This document shows positions 62,801 to 64,000 of a stretch of 64,000 nucleotides of DNA, in pieces. The stretch is from NCBI GenBank assembly GCA_964291265.2, contig OZ219747.1:3264001-3328000 (forward strand). The letters are read 5' to 3'. The DNA comes from Alphaproteobacteria bacterium (GTDB taxonomy: Bacteria; Pseudomonadota; Alphaproteobacteria; SP197). Under the pieces are notes generated by a model. It did not search any database. It saw nothing but the letters and a program-made list of their open reading frames with translations, and had not been told where the DNA came from. Both the position numbers and the translations under genes were made by a program. Within the stretch, counting starts at the first letter, position 1. Each line of letters starts with the position of its first letter.

Positions 62801-64000
62801 GCAGCGTCCCCGCATAGGCCTTCGTCAGCGCCACCGTGTAGGTCGCCGTGGAACCGGGCGCCACCGTCACCGGCGTCCCGGTCAGCGTGAGCGCCGCCGT
62901 GGTGTCGTCCTTGAAGGTCACCGTACGGATGTTCGACCAGGGACCCTGAAGGTTACCCGTTCCCCCGGCGACCCCCGCCATGCGATAGCCCGTCGCCCGA
63001 ACCCGGACCTCGACCGATGCCCCGTCAGGATAGTTCAGCAGAAGCCGATTGTTGCGAGAGCCCGGATTCTGTCTGGCACTCGCCTGGTTGAGACTGTGAT
63101 CCGTCCAGGTGCTTGCCCCCTTCAGCCGGGTCTGCGCTCTCCACCAATGGAACTTGGCCGCGTCTTTCACATAGTCGTCCGCATCCGATAACTCGTTCGA
63201 GCCGCCGGCATGGGTCCAGGTCAGGTCGATCTGCCCGTTCGTCGTCGAAGTCGCCGCCGTCAGCACCGGGGCCGCCGGATCGGTCTTCGCCGTCACCTGA
63301 TCCGACCACACCGACTGCACACCGGGACTGACCGCCGCGAACAGGCGGAACGTGTAGTCCGTGCCCTTCGTCAGACCCGTCACCCGGACGCTCGTCCTGC
63401 TTGCGCCCGTGAGCGTCGTGGTCGTGTTCCAGCCGCCCGTGCTCTTGTACTGATAGCCCCAGCTCGTGATCGGAATGCCCGTCAAGGCGCTCCAGCTCAG
63501 GGTGACCGAGGCATCGCCCCCCGCCGCCGTCAGAACCGGCTTGGGAACCGTATTCGTCGGCGTCGCCTTCACCTGGTCCGACCACACCGACTGCACCCCG
63601 GGACTGACTGCCGCAAACAGCCGGAACGTGTATTCCGTGCCGATCGTCAGTCCCGTCACCGTGGTGCTCGTCGTGCTGGCGCCCGTGACCGTCCGGGTCC
63701 TGATCCAGCTGCCGCCCGCGGGCTTGTACTGATAGCCCCAGCTCGCTACCGTCACACCCGACAGCGCGCTCCAGCTCAGGGTGACCCTGGCGTAACCCGC
63801 TTCGGCGCTCAGCACCGGCTTGGGAACCGCCGCCGACGCCGACGGCGTCGCCTCCACCACCGCCGACGCGGCGCCGTTGCCGCCGCTGTTCCGCGCCCGG
63901 ATGCGGAAGCGGTACTCGCTGTCGTTGTCCAGACCCGTCACCGTGTGGGTCGTGGTGTCGGCGTCCGAATCGGGAATCGCGGTCCAACTGCCCCAGGCGG
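59871..64000 (-). CDS. Large autotransporter adhesin with fibronectin type III and Calx-beta-like repeats (5' end outside the window)
   Basis: FN3 motifs VTLSW...VTGLT.GT.Y.F, two near-identical FN3 units 276 bp apart, poly-Gly linker, C-terminal beta-barrel ending in W. Confidence 0.88.
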   Translation of the reverse strand, partial: AWGSWTAIPDSDADTTTHTVTGLDNDSEYRFRIRARNSGGNGAASAVVEATPSASAAVPKPVLSAEAGYARVTLSWSALSGVTVASWGYQYKPAGGSWIRTRTVTGASTTSTTVTGLTIGTEYTFRLFAAVSPGVQSVWSDQVKATPTNTVPKPVLTAAGGDASVTLSWSALTGIPITSWGYQYKSTGGWNTTTTLTGASRTSVRVTGLTKGTDYTFRLFAAVSPGVQSVWSDQVTAKTDPAAPVLTAATSTTNGQIDLTWTHAGGSNELSDADDYVKDAAKFHWWRAQTRLKGASTWTDHSLNQASARQNPGSRNNRLLLNYPDGASVEVRVRATGYRMAGVAGGTGNLQGPWSNIRTVTFKDDTTAALTLTGTPVTVAPGSTATYTVALTKAYAGTLRVTSDATAAARVSPASLTFTTTNYSTARTVTVTGVANGTAVINHAFRLTGASADAIPDAGTVDVTVADTPGVTVSTAALTVAEGGSRTYTMRLNTPPTSDVTITVAGASGDVTVTGASLTFTRANWNQPQTVTVNAGTDTDTTTDAAVTLTHSASGGGYASVTIASVVVSVAEKDVAPGKPTGLAGAAGNGSVTLSWTAPDNPTITKWQVRRKAGSDDWGAWEDIPGSAAGTTSYEVSGLTNGTAYQFEVRAVNGAGNGAGPDAPVTATPAAPVAPGGGGGGGGGGGTTPTADASVTVTPTALTVAEGSSAAYTVVLDTEPSGEVTVTVGGASGEVTVEPASLTFTTANWDTAQRVTVRAARDEDTTDDTATLTHGASGGGYASVTIDSVAVTVTDTTLLPVLTLAQDPAAVTEGEAIRLVVSADRALTGSLRVSLTLASRDGGGFDAGDVPGGLGPRSFDAVFGAAGRRTGVVTIPTAADADAEGAEAYRITLNDAADYVVGNDATALGVLRDRAAGSMARSNRVNAAVLPHVAAAAMSQTLGAVTGRIEAVASGEGGGTVQFGALPSPVEDAWASPHPEEPGPSMAEVLDGASFTLAAGAEGEASAPPLAVWGRGAWLSLSGSQGGVSWDGGLWSAQLGADVRLRPDLLAGAALSHVRGELDTQTDQVKGVHETTITSVHPYAAWLLADGSTLWASLGYGTGEVRIAEEGAPVRSTDLAQWSAAAGARSVLIEHADLIEGGMTRLAVKGEGALARLRTEADDGLAGLTARTTRLRLLLEGSHEHALASGATLTPALEAGVRHDAGDAAEGAGLEAGASVTWRDPAEGLTAELRTRLLAAHEADRDEWGVSALVRLAPGADGLGTFLAFGPAHGRTESDLGELFDHGLPAAVSDTTSAEGRLEAEVGHGFGLAGPGPLAVLTPWAGLSLAETGGRTLRLGARYRLGAGLSLGLEGAHRPGPVSEDSLMLRGALNW

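Noticed and set aside
61203-63191. 662-aa His/Arg-rich ORF
   Set aside because: Antisense shadow of the Thr/Val-rich autotransporter
1-64000. KOPS (GGGNAGGG) polarity as support for dif
   Set aside because: Several sites point toward 26.3 kb, but counter-oriented ones also occur (near 10120, 21262, 23829); not decisive by eye
1-64000. tRNA or rRNA genes
   Set aside because: No cloverleaf or rRNA signatures recognised

Overview
High-GC alphaproteobacterial chromosome segment, probably the replication terminus: a 28-bp XerCD dif-like site sits at 26325-26352. The left flank (1-26325) is mostly housekeeping and metabolic: M20 deacylase, amidase/TPP decarboxylase/decarboxylating dehydrogenase, RpoH+ROSE-controlled ibpA, dinB, ettA, rsgA, an ATPase+TOPRIM(+SLOG) candidate defence cassette, MscS, and mltB-rlpA-dacA-tmk-holB-metG-tatD. 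The right flank is mazG, hflX-hfq-dat-trkA-ntrX-ntrY and a truncated FN3 autotransporter. Between them, starting right at dif, lies about 23-25 kb of accessory DNA. It contains an IS66 element with intact TIRs and 8-bp TSD whose two genes are each interrupted, one by an antisense group II intron and one by a large-serine-recombinase element carrying tandem palindromic hairpins. It also holds two paralogous secreted Cys-rich/SH3/MORN-like proteins, an ankyrin gene split by an IS1634 miniature, an intact ISKra4, an unclassified IS-like ORF with Rep_trans-like motifs, a low-GC gene pair and several recombinase/transposase relics. Ankyrins, FN3 adhesin and heavy IS decay suggest a host-associated (e.g. 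sponge) symbiont, which is an inference. Family assignments come from motif recognition by eye; no searches were run.
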